Below, in pieces: positions 40,639-49,481 of a stretch of DNA of 64,000 nt (its first letter is position 1; every line of letters starts with the position of its first letter). Made by a program: the position numbers and the translations under genes. Source of the stretch: Gaiellales bacterium (lineage in GTDB: Bacteria > Actinomycetota > Thermoleophilia > Gaiellales > JAICJC01). The stretch is from the NCBI GenBank assembly GCA_036273515.1, contig DASUHM010000057.1, forward strand, positions 1,782 to 65,781, in the 5' to 3' direction. The notes beneath the pieces were generated by a model, which did not search any database, had not been told where the DNA came from, and saw nothing but the letters and a program-made list of their open reading frames with translations.

Positions 40639-41058
40639 ATGTGGAAGACCGAGCACACGCACGAGAGCGCCGCCGCCCCCGAGGCGATCTTCGCCCTGTG
40701 GGCCGACGTCGCGGGCTGGCCGTCGTGGGACGCGAGCCTGGTCGCGACGACGCTCGCCGGGCCCTTCGCCGCCGGGACGAGGGGGACGCTTCACCCGCTG
40801 GGGATGCCCGGGCCGATCGCCTTCACGCTCACGGCCGTCGAGGACGGCGCCGGGTTCTCCGACGAGACGCGGCTGGGGCCGCTCGTGCTGCGCTTCGACC
40901 ACCGCGTCGAGCCGCGCCCGGGCGGGTCGCGCATCGTCGTCTCGATCGAGGCCGACGGGCCTGACGCCGAGCAGGTCGGCCCGGCCGTTGCCGAGGATCT
41001 GCCCGAGAGCGTCGCCGCGCTCGCGGCCGCCGCGATGCGGGCAGGACAGCCCGCGTGA
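40639..41058 (+). CDS. SRPBCC (START/polyketide cyclase-like) family protein
   Basis: 139 aa. PEAIFALWADVAGWPSWD is typical of the SRPBCC fold. Confidence 0.7.
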   Translation: MWKTEHTHESAAAPEAIFALWADVAGWPSWDASLVATTLAGPFAAGTRGTLHPLGMPGPIAFTLTAVEDGAGFSDETRLGPLVLRFDHRVEPRPGGSRIVVSIEADGPDAEQVGPAVAEDLPESVAALAAAAMRAGQPA

Positions 41059-41495
41059 GGTCGCGGCACGCCTCGGCCTGGGACAGCCCGGGGTTCCTGC
41101 TCTGGCACGCGACCCTGCGCTGGCAGCGGGCGATGCGGGCCGCGCTCGCGCCGCACGGCCTCACGCACGTCCAGTTCGTCCTGCTCGCCTCGGCCTGGTG
41201 GCTGGGCGAGCAGGGCGAGCAGCCGGCCCAGCGGCGGCTGGCCGAGCACGCCGGCACCGACGCGATGATGACGAGCCAGGTGGTGCGGGCGCTCGAGCGC
41301 GAGGGGCTGGTCGAGCGGCTACGCGACCCGGGCGACGCCCGCAGCGTCCGCGTCACGGTGACGCCGGCCGGGCGCGGGCGGCTGCGCGGGGCGCTGGCCG
41401 ACGTCGAGGCGGCCGACGCGGAGTTCTTCGCCGACGTCGCCGACGAGGCGCTCGTGCCGAGGCTGCGCACGCTCGCCGGACGCGGCCCGGCATAG
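41055..41495 (+). CDS. MarR family transcriptional regulator
   Basis: 146 aa with GLTHVQFVLLASAWWL..QRRLAEHAGTDAMMTSQVVRALEREGLVER, a winged HTH. Confidence 0.88.
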   Translation: MRSRHASAWDSPGFLLWHATLRWQRAMRAALAPHGLTHVQFVLLASAWWLGEQGEQPAQRRLAEHAGTDAMMTSQVVRALEREGLVERLRDPGDARSVRVTVTPAGRGRLRGALADVEAADAEFFADVADEALVPRLRTLAGRGPA

Positions 41496-41499
41496 CCGC

Positions 41500-42285
41500 T
41501 CAGGCGACCCGGTCTGCCATCTCCCGGCAGGTGGTGACCCATACGTCCGTGTGTCGGCGAACATGGGCGATGAAGCCGTCGAGCAGCGCGAGGCGGCTGG
41601 GCCGGCCGATGATCTGCGGGTGCATCGTCAAGACGAAGGCGCCGCCGAGATCGCGGATGCCTGCGAACTCGGCGTCCCAGATCTCGCGCACCTCGCTCGG
41701 CGTCGAGATCCGCCGCGTCCAGCTCTCGCGACCGTCGAACCAGAAGTGGGCGGCGTCGTCGAGGATCCACTGGATCGGCAGCTCGACGAGCTGCTTGCCC
41801 TCGTGCCGGTACGGACGCAGGTCGTCCATCAGGTTGGACGAGTAGGCGAACCCATGCTTCTCGAGCAGGCCGAGCGTCGCCTTGCTGAAATCCCACGCGG
41901 GCGATCGGTACCCGACCACGGTGGCCCCGAAGCCACGCAGGATCTCGAGCGCTTTGACGAGCTCCTCCTCCTCGGCGGCCGCGTCCAGGTTCGCCGGCGA
42001 CGTGTGCGTGTAGCCGTGGTGGCCGACCTCGTGGCCGTCGGCGATGATCTCGCGCACCCGGTCGGGATGTGCTTCGGCCACGCGACCAGGGATGAAGAAC
42101 GTTGCCTTGATTCCCTGCCGGCGCAGCAGCGCCAGGATCTGGGGCACGGCCACCTTGGCGCCGTAGGTGCCCTGCGAGAGTGTCCCCGGCCGCTCGGCGT
42201 TGGCCGGGTCCTCGCCGATCCAGACCTCCTCGGCGTCGAAGTCGAACGTGAAGGCCGCCGCCGCGCGTTTACCGTCGGGCCACAT
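41500..42285 (-). CDS. polysaccharide deacetylase (CE4) family protein
   Basis: 261 aa with FTFDFDAEE, ATFFIPG and GHEVGHHGYTH (NodB motifs). Confidence 0.85.
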   Translation of the reverse strand: MWPDGKRAAAAFTFDFDAEEVWIGEDPANAERPGTLSQGTYGAKVAVPQILALLRRQGIKATFFIPGRVAEAHPDRVREIIADGHEVGHHGYTHTSPANLDAAAEEEELVKALEILRGFGATVVGYRSPAWDFSKATLGLLEKHGFAYSSNLMDDLRPYRHEGKQLVELPIQWILDDAAHFWFDGRESWTRRISTPSEVREIWDAEFAGIRDLGGAFVLTMHPQIIGRPSRLALLDGFIAHVRRHTDVWVTTCREMADRVA

Positions 42286-42335
42286 GGGTGCTCTCCTGGT
42301 CTCTGGTCGGTTCGAGGCCGACTCTACGCTGTTTC

Positions 42336-42357
42336 GCGAACGCCAATTGGCATTCGC
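42336..42357. promoter_or_regulatory. 22-bp near-perfect palindrome GCGAACGCCAATTGGCATTCGC (candidate operator)
   Basis: Lies in the divergent region between the deacetylase and phosphoesterase genes. Two further GCCAATTG boxes sit at 42365..42372 and 42408..42415. Confidence 0.45.
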
Positions 42358-42523
42358 CGCGGGCGCCAATTGCGGGGCTTGGCCGGCCGGATGTGAAGGC
42401 CTTAGCAGCCAATTGTTAGCTGTCCGCAAAATCCCGCCCGGCTAGGCGAAATGGGCCGCTAGGTTTGCATCGAACGAGCGTGGGCACGGAAGCGTGGGAG
42501 AGATCCGCCCTGGAGGTGGTTGG

Positions 42524-43501
42524 ATGCGACATGCCCGGTTCCGGCGGCTGCGACTGCCGGCCGCGATTGCAATGACGATGGCCGCCGCCTGCCTGATGGC
42601 GGGCGTACGGGCCCCGGCGGCCTCCGCAGCCGGGCATCTCTGCGGCGGGCGCACCGGCGTCGCCCCCGCGACCTATCGCCACGTCGTCGTGATCATGGAC
42701 GAGAACCAGAGCTACGGCGACATCATCGGACGCTCGTCGGCGCCCTACCTCAACCACCTCGCAGCCGCGTGCGGGCTTGCGACCAACTACCGCGGTGTGA
42801 CGCATCCGAGCCACCCGAACTACATGGCGGTCACCGGCGGCATCCGCACCCCGGCGGGCTACATCGACGCGCCCAACATCTTCCGCCAGGTACGCCGCGC
42901 CGGCGGGTCGTGGCGTGTCTACGAGGAAGCGATGCCACACAACTGCGACCGCCGGTCCGCCCCTCCCTACAAGGCGGGCCACAACCCCGGGATCTCGTAC
43001 GCCTCGATCCGGTCCGGATGCCGGATGTGGGACGTCGGCTGGCCGGCCTTCAAGCGCGACGTCGCCGCCCATCGGCTGCCGACCTACGCGTTCATCACCC
43101 CGGACCAGTGCCACAACATGCACGCCAGCTGCACCAGGGGCACGAACGCGATCCGGGCGGGCGATGACTGGCTGCGCCGCGTCATCCCCCAGATCGTCAA
43201 CACCCCGGGATACCAGCGTGGCCGCACCGTCATCTTCATCACCTGGGACGAGGGCTCGAACGGCCAGAGCGCCGAGCAGCGGGGCGAGAACTGCCTCGCG
43301 CTCGTGCACCTCAACGACCGCAGCTGCCACGTGCCGACGTTCGTCATGTCCGAGTACATCGCGCCCGGCACGCAGAGCGGCCTGCTCTTCAGCCACTACT
43401 CCGTGCTGCAGACGACGGAGCGGCTGCTCGGGGTGGAGCCCTTCATCGGCCACGCGGCCGATCCGGCCACCGACGGGATGCGGGCCGCGTTCGGGTTCTA
43501 G
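42524..43501 (+). CDS. secreted phosphoesterase family protein (AcpA/phospholipase C-like)
   Basis: 325 aa with a signal peptide (RFRRLRLPAAIAMTMAAACLMAG..ASA), then VVVIMDENQSYGDI and HPSHPNYMA motifs. GGAGGTGG Shine-Dalgarno sequence. Confidence 0.75.
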   Translation: MRHARFRRLRLPAAIAMTMAAACLMAGVRAPAASAAGHLCGGRTGVAPATYRHVVVIMDENQSYGDIIGRSSAPYLNHLAAACGLATNYRGVTHPSHPNYMAVTGGIRTPAGYIDAPNIFRQVRRAGGSWRVYEEAMPHNCDRRSAPPYKAGHNPGISYASIRSGCRMWDVGWPAFKRDVAAHRLPTYAFITPDQCHNMHASCTRGTNAIRAGDDWLRRVIPQIVNTPGYQRGRTVIFITWDEGSNGQSAEQRGENCLALVHLNDRSCHVPTFVMSEYIAPGTQSGLLFSHYSVLQTTERLLGVEPFIGHAADPATDGMRAAFGF

Positions 43502-43502
43502 C

Positions 43503-44136
43503 TCACCGCGGGAGCGGCACGACCTCGGCGGCGAAGATCCGCATGGACTCGTCGCGGACGGCGGGGTCCATTCCCGGCCAGTGGAGCCGGGCGATGGAGT
43601 GCAGCCGGCCGCCGGCGGCGTCGCGCAGCGCGAGGATCCGCTCCGCCACGGCGGCGGGCTCGCCGAGCAGGATCGAGTCGCACAGCTCCACCTCGCGGTC
43701 GGCCGGGATCGGCGGCGCCGCGGGCGGGCTCCATGTCGTCGTACTTCCAGCTCACGTACCAGTGGTGGTCGCGCACGCGGTCCCAGGCGTCGTCGCCGTG
43801 CCACGGGAACGTCGGCAGGTGGACGCTCACCTCGAACGCCTCGGGCTGGCCCGGCGCTCGACCTCCTCGCGCGCCCAGCCGACCGCCTCGGCCGGCGACT
43901 CCGGCGCGACGTCGCTGCCCATGAACCCGTCGGCGATCGCGCCGGCGCGGCGCACGGCCGGCCCGCGAAGCCGCCGATCCAGATCGGCGGGCCGCCCGCC
44001 CGAGCCGGCTTGGGTGTGACCGACACGCCCGGAAACGGCGCCGTCTCGGTGCCAAGAGGTCGGCGTCCGTGCGGGCGTCGCCCGGAGAGCGCTGGCAGGT
44101 GATGAGCCCGAAGCCGACGTCCACGCCGCCGATCAT
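43503..44136 (-). pseudogene. LLM-class (luciferase-like) flavin/F420-dependent oxidoreductase remnant with multiple frameshifts and a probable internal deletion
   Basis: Homologous pieces lie in three frames: MIGGVDVGFGLITCQRSPGD, PKPARAGGPPIWIGGFAG, AVRRAGAIADGFMGSDV, FEVSVHLPTFPWHGDDAWDRVRDHHWYV, and LGEPAAVAERILALRDAAGG...AAEVVPL. The start is in ATGA overlap with the SDR stop. Confidence 0.65.
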
Positions 44137-44873
44137 AGGAGCGTCGAGCCCCCGTCGATCGGCAGAGCCGCACCGGTGATGTACGCGGCCCCGTCGGAGG
44201 CCAGGAACGCGATGGTCGCGGCCACCTCGGCGGCCGTCCCAAGGCGCCGCAGCGGCACCGAGTCGCGCAGGTAGCGCTCGCCTGCGGCCGGGTCGTCCAT
44301 CAGGCGCAGCATCGGGGTGTCGATCACGCCCGGGCAGACGCAGTTCACTCGGATCGCGTGCGGTGCGAGCTCGATCGCCATCTGCCGCGTCAGCGACACG
44401 ACGCCCGCCTTGGACGCGTTGTAGTGCGCGCCCGGCTCGTCGGCGTCGCCGACCAGGGCGGCGGTCGAGGCCAGGTTGACGATGGCGCCGGGCCGGCGGG
44501 CGGCGACGAGGGCGCGGGCGAACGCCCTCCCCGTGAGATAGGTGCCGCGCAGGTTCGTGGCCATGACGTCGTCCCATTCGTCCGGCTCGAGGTCGAGCAC
44601 CGGCGCGATCCGGTAGATGCCGGCGCTGGCGACGAGGACGTCGGCGGGGCCGTCCAGGCGCTCGGCCGCGGCGGCGACCGCCCTCTCGACCGAGTCCGCG
44701 TCGCGCACGTCCACTGCCACGTCGGCGTCCGCCCGGCGGTCGAGCACGGCCACCGCCGCGCCGCGCGCCCGCAGCAGGGCCGCGGTTGCAGCGCCGATGC
44801 CGGAGAGCCCGCCCGTGACGATCGCCCGCCGGCCTGCGAATGTCCTGGACACGTCTGGCTGGTCGGCCGTCAC
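44133..44873 (-). CDS. SDR family oxidoreductase
   Basis: IVTGGLSGIG cofactor motif and YNASKAG catalytic motif. GTG 44873 preferred; the maximal ORF extends to 44924. Confidence 0.88.
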   Translation of the reverse strand: MTADQPDVSRTFAGRRAIVTGGLSGIGAATAALLRARGAAVAVLDRRADADVAVDVRDADSVERAVAAAAERLDGPADVLVASAGIYRIAPVLDLEPDEWDDVMATNLRGTYLTGRAFARALVAARRPGAIVNLASTAALVGDADEPGAHYNASKAGVVSLTRQMAIELAPHAIRVNCVCPGVIDTPMLRLMDDPAAGERYLRDSVPLRRLGTAAEVAATIAFLASDGAAYITGAALPIDGGSTLL

Positions 44874-44949
44874 GGCGGAGAGTCTCGCAGGCGGACAGCG
44901 TCGGGGCGCGGCCGAGGGCGTCATCGCAAGAACCTGGTACGGTGGTCAC

Positions 44950-45879
44950 GTGATCGTCGACACGAGCGCTCACCGCGCCGCTCCGCCGCTCTCGACGTCC
45001 GTCGTCGAGGCGATCGGCGGGACGCCCCTGCTCGCGATCGAGGGCATCTACGCGAAGCTCGAGTACCTGAACCCGTCCGGCTCCGTGAAGGCGCGCCTGG
45101 CCCGCTACATGATCGAGCGGGCCGAGCGGGAGGGGATGCTGCAACCCGGCGACACGATCGTGGAGGCGTCCAGCGGCAACACCGGCAACGCGATGAGCAT
45201 GGTCGCCGCCGCCAAGGGCTACCGCATGCTGGTCGTCATGCCCGAGGGCATGAGCCCCGAGCGGGTCGCCATCTCGCGCGCCCACGGCGCCGACGTGCTC
45301 CTGATCGGCGACTTCCACGTCACCGCCGCCCTCGAGCATGCCCGCCACCTGGGCGAGCGGCCGGGCTACTTCCATCCCGGCCAGTTCGACTCGGAGTGGA
45401 ACGTGACGGAGAACCGGGAGTGGCTCGGCGCCGAGATCCTTGCCCAGCTCCCCGAGCCGCCCGACGCGCTCGTCGTCGGTGTCGGCACCGGCGGCACGCT
45501 GATCGGCGTCGGACAGGCCTTCCGGGCCGTGAACCCCGAGGTGCTGGTCGTCGGCCTCGAGCCGGGCGAGTCGCGCACGATCTGCTGCGGCGAGATCGCC
45601 ATGCACGCGATCGAGGGCATCTCGGACGGCTTCGTGCCCGGCATCATCGGCCGCCACCGGTCGGAGATCTGCGAGTTCGTGAGCGTCTCGAGCGACGACG
45701 CGCTGGCCGAGATGCGCCGGCTTGCGCATGACCACGGCATCTTCGTCGGCCCGAGCTCCGGGGCGCACATGCTGGCGGCGAAGACGCTGCGCCGGCAGCG
45801 TCCGGAGCTCCAGACGGTTGTCACGCTCTTCTGCGACGAGGGCGAGAAGTACATCGCCGACCACCACGGCCCGCGCTGA
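44950..45879 (+). CDS. PLP-dependent cysteine synthase / cystathionine beta-synthase family protein
   Basis: 309 aa with LEYLNPSGSVKAR (PLP Lys), SSGNTGNA and GVGTGGT. Confidence 0.85.
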   Translation: MIVDTSAHRAAPPLSTSVVEAIGGTPLLAIEGIYAKLEYLNPSGSVKARLARYMIERAEREGMLQPGDTIVEASSGNTGNAMSMVAAAKGYRMLVVMPEGMSPERVAISRAHGADVLLIGDFHVTAALEHARHLGERPGYFHPGQFDSEWNVTENREWLGAEILAQLPEPPDALVVGVGTGGTLIGVGQAFRAVNPEVLVVGLEPGESRTICCGEIAMHAIEGISDGFVPGIIGRHRSEICEFVSVSSDDALAEMRRLAHDHGIFVGPSSGAHMLAAKTLRRQRPELQTVVTLFCDEGEKYIADHHGPR

Positions 45880-46042
45880 CGCCGCGCGCCGGTAGCGCCG
45901 CTCACATCGGATTCGGATCGTGACCTGGCGCACATGCGCCCGGATCGCGTGACCCGACTCACACGCCCCGAATCCGCCCTCCCCCCGCCGGAGTACCCCC
46001 CGGTCGCGGGGCAGATCGAACCCAAACGGAGAGGGAGGGCAG

Positions 46043-47203
46043 ATGGAGTCGACCACGAGCAACGAGGGCGTGCCCACGGCAGCCGAGCTGGACGAGCACT
46101 GGGGCCGCGTCGTCGGCCGGCGCGGGTTTTTGGTGGGCGTGGGGGCGGCCGGCGCGGCCGCGCTCGCGAGCGGAGGCCTGGCCACGGCAGGGGCGGCGTT
46201 CGCCTCCGGCGGGCGGCTGTCCTCCGGCGATGCGGCCATCCTGCGGTTCCTGGCCGCGGCCGAGATCATCGAGACCGATCTGTGGCAGCAGTACACCGAG
46301 CTCGGCGGCGTGAACGGCGGCAACCAGGCCTACATGGCGGCGCTCGAGAACCTCGACGGGGACATGCCGCAGTACATCTCGGACAACACCGACGACGAGC
46401 ACAGCCACGCCGCGTTCCTGAACGCGTACCTGCGCTCGAAGGGCGAGGACGCGGTGAACCTCGACGAGTTCCGGACGCTGCCGAGCAGCAAGGCGACCGG
46501 CGCGAAGCAGATCGGGCGGCTGACGAACCTGATGAACCTGAATGTCGACACGAGCTGGTACACCCGATACCGCAGCGGCAAGAACCCCGACTTTGGGGCC
46601 ACGTTCCCGCAGGCGGTGCACATCCAGGGTGAGCCGGCGATCCCGCTGAGCGACGCCGACACGCCGCCCGGCATGTCGCAGCCGGTGCCGCCGACGACGC
46701 CGCAGCAGCGGCGGATGCAGGCGATCGCGAACACCGCCGGCTTCCACTTCGCGATGATCGAGCAGGGCGGGTCGAGCCTCTACACCACGATGAGCCTCAA
46801 GGCGACCGACCTCGAGGTGCTGCGGATCATCGTCTCGATCGGCGGCACCGAGGTGAACCACTTCGCCGTCTGGCACGACAAGGCGGGGAACGCGGTCGCG
46901 CAGCCGCTCGCGGGCGTGAAGGACCCGGAGACCGGGGTGATGTTCCCCGACCTGAACTCGCCGCCCTTCGGCGGGGAGCTCTTCCAGACCAACCTGATCA
47001 TGCCGGAGCCGACGGACTTCATCAGCAAGAGCCTGCCCAAGTGCTCGGTGATCCGGCCGTCGCTCGACATGAACGCGGGGGCGAGGGCGGTGGTGGCGTT
47101 CCTGACGTCGACCGGCCTGTTCCAGGGGCAGTCGAAGAAGTTCTTCAAGGCGGCCCGCGAGCTCGCCCGCGAGGCCGACGCCGCCCAGCGCGGGAAGCGC
47201 TGA
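46043..47203 (+). CDS. Tat-exported ferritin-like domain protein
   Basis: 386 aa. Twin-arginine signal GRRGFLVGVGAAGAAALA and ferritin-like helices (FLAAAEIIETDLWQQY, DDEHSHAAFL, GTEVNHFAVWH). Confidence 0.75.
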   Translation: MESTTSNEGVPTAAELDEHWGRVVGRRGFLVGVGAAGAAALASGGLATAGAAFASGGRLSSGDAAILRFLAAAEIIETDLWQQYTELGGVNGGNQAYMAALENLDGDMPQYISDNTDDEHSHAAFLNAYLRSKGEDAVNLDEFRTLPSSKATGAKQIGRLTNLMNLNVDTSWYTRYRSGKNPDFGATFPQAVHIQGEPAIPLSDADTPPGMSQPVPPTTPQQRRMQAIANTAGFHFAMIEQGGSSLYTTMSLKATDLEVLRIIVSIGGTEVNHFAVWHDKAGNAVAQPLAGVKDPETGVMFPDLNSPPFGGELFQTNLIMPEPTDFISKSLPKCSVIRPSLDMNAGARAVVAFLTSTGLFQGQSKKFFKAARELAREADAAQRGKR

Positions 47204-47277
47204 ACGAGGCGGAGCCACGCTCGGGCGGCGGCGCGACGGGATGTGCGCCGCGGCCCGAGTCGTGGCACCCTACGGGT

Positions 47278-47937
47278 GTGAGGCGTTTCGCGTTGGCTCT
47301 CGGCACGGTGGCGGCCGTGCTGGTGGTCGCGGCCCCGGCCGGGGCCGCCACGCCCACCATTCCGCAGCCCGAGCTGGGCCAGATCCGCACGCTCCTTCGG
47401 GCCTTCATCCCGGCCGCGATCGGCCGTCACCATCCCGGCCGCGCCTGGGCGCTGGCCGCGCCGAAGATGCGCGTCGGCTCGACCCAGGCCGACTGGCGCA
47501 AGGGCGACCTGCCGGTGTTCCCGTATCCCGTCTCGACGACCGGCTTTGGCATGCGCCCGATCACGGTGGCGCCGGGCGACGTCACCTTCGACCTCATGGT
47601 GCACCCGGAGGCGGGCAGCAACGCCGGCGTCGAGGTGTTCACGACCGAGGTGCAGAAGATCGGCGGCAAGTGGCGGGTGGCCTCGATGGCCGCCGAGGCG
47701 GCCTTCGCCGGCTCGGACACCCCGGCGACGATCATGGCCCAGCCGGACTACGCCCCGCACGCAAATGGCATCACCACCCACCGGAACCTGAGCGCAGGCT
47801 GGGCGCTCGTGCCGCTGCTCGCGATCGGGCTGCCGCTGATCGCGGCGCCGTTCGCGCTCCTGATCGTCTGGCGCCGCGGCCGGTCGCTGACCGCGGACGT
47901 CGAGGCACGCGACCGCGCCACCGCCCCCTGGCGGTGA
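47278..47937 (+). CDS. hypothetical exported protein with C-terminal TM anchor
   Basis: 219 aa from a GTG. Signal peptide (ALALGTVAAVLVVAAPAGAA) and a C-terminal hydrophobic helix followed by WRRGR. Confidence 0.55.
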   Translation: MRRFALALGTVAAVLVVAAPAGAATPTIPQPELGQIRTLLRAFIPAAIGRHHPGRAWALAAPKMRVGSTQADWRKGDLPVFPYPVSTTGFGMRPITVAPGDVTFDLMVHPEAGSNAGVEVFTTEVQKIGGKWRVASMAAEAAFAGSDTPATIMAQPDYAPHANGITTHRNLSAGWALVPLLAIGLPLIAAPFALLIVWRRGRSLTADVEARDRATAPWR

Positions 47938-47958
47938 AGGACCGGTGCCAGGCACCGG

Positions 47959-49011
47959 CTATTCAGCCGGCAGCTGCGCCAGCTCCGCCAGCAGCGTGAA
48001 CGACCGCGCCCGGGCGCCCGCGTCGGGGACGCTCGCGATCGCCATCACCTCGTCGGCGCCCGTCTCGGCCAGCAGCGCCTCGAGCCGCGCCTTCACCGTG
48101 GCCGGGCTGCCGATCACCTGCGGCGCCAGGTAGTCGTCGGCGAACGTCCGCTCGGCGTCCGTCCAGGCGTGATTCTGCACCTGCCGCAGCGACGGCAGCG
48201 GCCCCGGCGGGCGTCCGGTGTTTCGCAGGGCGAAGCTGAGCGCCATCGCCGAGGCGAGCAGGTTCGCCTCCTCGTCGGAGTCGGCGCAGACGCAGAACGC
48301 GGTCACCTGCGCGTAGGGCCGGTCGAGCCCGGGTGAGGCCTCGAACGACGAGCGGTAGAGCTCGAGCGCCGGCAGCGTGTTGCGGGCGCTGAAGTGGTGC
48401 GCGAACGCGAACGGGAGGCCCATCAGCCCCGCCGCCTGAGCGCTGTAGCCGCTCGATCCGAGCAGCCACAGGGCCGGCATGCTGCCGCCGTAGCCCGGGA
48501 AGGCATGGATGCCCTCGTACGTCTCGCCCGGGGCGAAGCCCTTGAAGAAGCCATGCAGCTCGTGCAAGAGGACGAGCAGGTCGTCGTTTCCGGCCATGCG
48601 GCGCAGGGCCAGCATCGTGCGGTGATCGGTGCCGGGGGCGCGGCCGATCCCGAGGTCGATCCGGCCCGGGTGAAGCGCCTCCAGCGTGCCGAACCGCTCG
48701 GCAACGACGAGGGGCGAGTGGTTCGGCAGCATCACGCCGCCGGAGCCGACCCGGATCCTGCCCGTGCGCGCCGCCGCGTTCGCGATCAGCACCTCCGGCG
48801 CGGAGCTCGCGATGCCGGGCATGTTGTGGTGCTCGGCGTACCACAGCCGCAGGTAGCCGAGCCCGTCGACCAGCGTCGCCAGCTCGGTCGCCTCGGCCAG
48901 GGCCGCGGGCGCGCTCGAGTCGGTCGTGACCGGCGCGACGTCGAGCACGGAGAGGGGGACGCCGAAGACGGGGCTGGCCGCGGCCTTCGCAGCGTCGTGG
49001 AGTGCGCTCAC
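47959..49011 (-). CDS. LLM-class flavin-dependent oxidoreductase (luciferase family group 1, YhbW-like)
   Basis: LRLWYAEHHNMPGIASSAPEVLIA and GSGGVMLPNHSPLVVAERFGTLEALHPGRIDLGIGRAPG motifs. GTGA overlap with the zur stop. Confidence 0.85.
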   Translation of the reverse strand: MSALHDAAKAAASPVFGVPLSVLDVAPVTTDSSAPAALAEATELATLVDGLGYLRLWYAEHHNMPGIASSAPEVLIANAAARTGRIRVGSGGVMLPNHSPLVVAERFGTLEALHPGRIDLGIGRAPGTDHRTMLALRRMAGNDDLLVLLHELHGFFKGFAPGETYEGIHAFPGYGGSMPALWLLGSSGYSAQAAGLMGLPFAFAHHFSARNTLPALELYRSSFEASPGLDRPYAQVTAFCVCADSDEEANLLASAMALSFALRNTGRPPGPLPSLRQVQNHAWTDAERTFADDYLAPQVIGSPATVKARLEALLAETGADEVMAIASVPDAGARARSFTLLAELAQLPAE

Positions 49012-49400
49012 GCGGCGGCGCAGCGGGCGCAGCGGCCGGGGAGCGACTGGAGCGCCCGATCGGACAGCTCGAAGCCGACCGTCTCGGCGGCCTGGCGCAG
49101 GGAGACGAGCGCGCAGCCCTCGAGCGTCGACACCGCACCGCAGTCGACGCACACGATGTGGTGGTGGTGGCCGTCGGCCCCGCACATCACGAACACGGCC
49201 TCGCCGCCGCGGGTGCCCGCATCCTCGACCAGGCCCTCGTCGCGCCAGCGCTCGATCGCGCGGTAGGCGGTGGTGAGGCCGATCCGGGGCTGGTCGTTGC
49301 GGGCGGCGGCGTGCAGCTCGCGGGCGCTGAAGGCGTGTCCGATCGACTGCCCGGCGTCGAGCAGCGCCTCGCGGTTGCGGCGGTTGCGTCCCGACTCCAT
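49008..49400 (-). CDS. zur: Fur family metalloregulator, probable zinc uptake regulator
   Basis: 130 aa with a wHTH (GLTTAYRAIERWRDEGLV), HHHHIVCVDCG and a C-terminal CARC. Divergent from znuACB. Confidence 0.85.
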   Translation of the reverse strand: MESGRNRRNREALLDAGQSIGHAFSARELHAAARNDQPRIGLTTAYRAIERWRDEGLVEDAGTRGGEAVFVMCGADGHHHHIVCVDCGAVSTLEGCALVSLRQAAETVGFELSDRALQSLPGRCARCAAA

Positions 49401-49430
49401 GCCGTCCAGCGTAGTCGCCCGCGCGGCCGA

Positions 49431-49452
49431 TCTCAAAAAGTTTGAATTGAGA
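49431..49452. promoter_or_regulatory. candidate Zur operator: AT-rich imperfect palindrome TCTCAAAAAGTTTGAATTGAGA
   Basis: TCTCAA/TTGAGA arms in the only AT-rich stretch of the zur-znuA divergent region. An adjacent TTTTCA half-site lies at 49457..49462. Confidence 0.45.
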
Positions 49453-49481
49453 TCCGTTTTCATTTCCGTTAGCCTGCCGGT

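Noticed and set aside
43498-46323. 941-aa minus-strand ORF
   Set aside because: It is a composite read-through frame. Only short segments near 43.5-44.1 kb correspond to the decayed LLM gene. The rest is antisense to, or out of frame with, the SDR, cysteine-synthase-like and ferritin-like genes.
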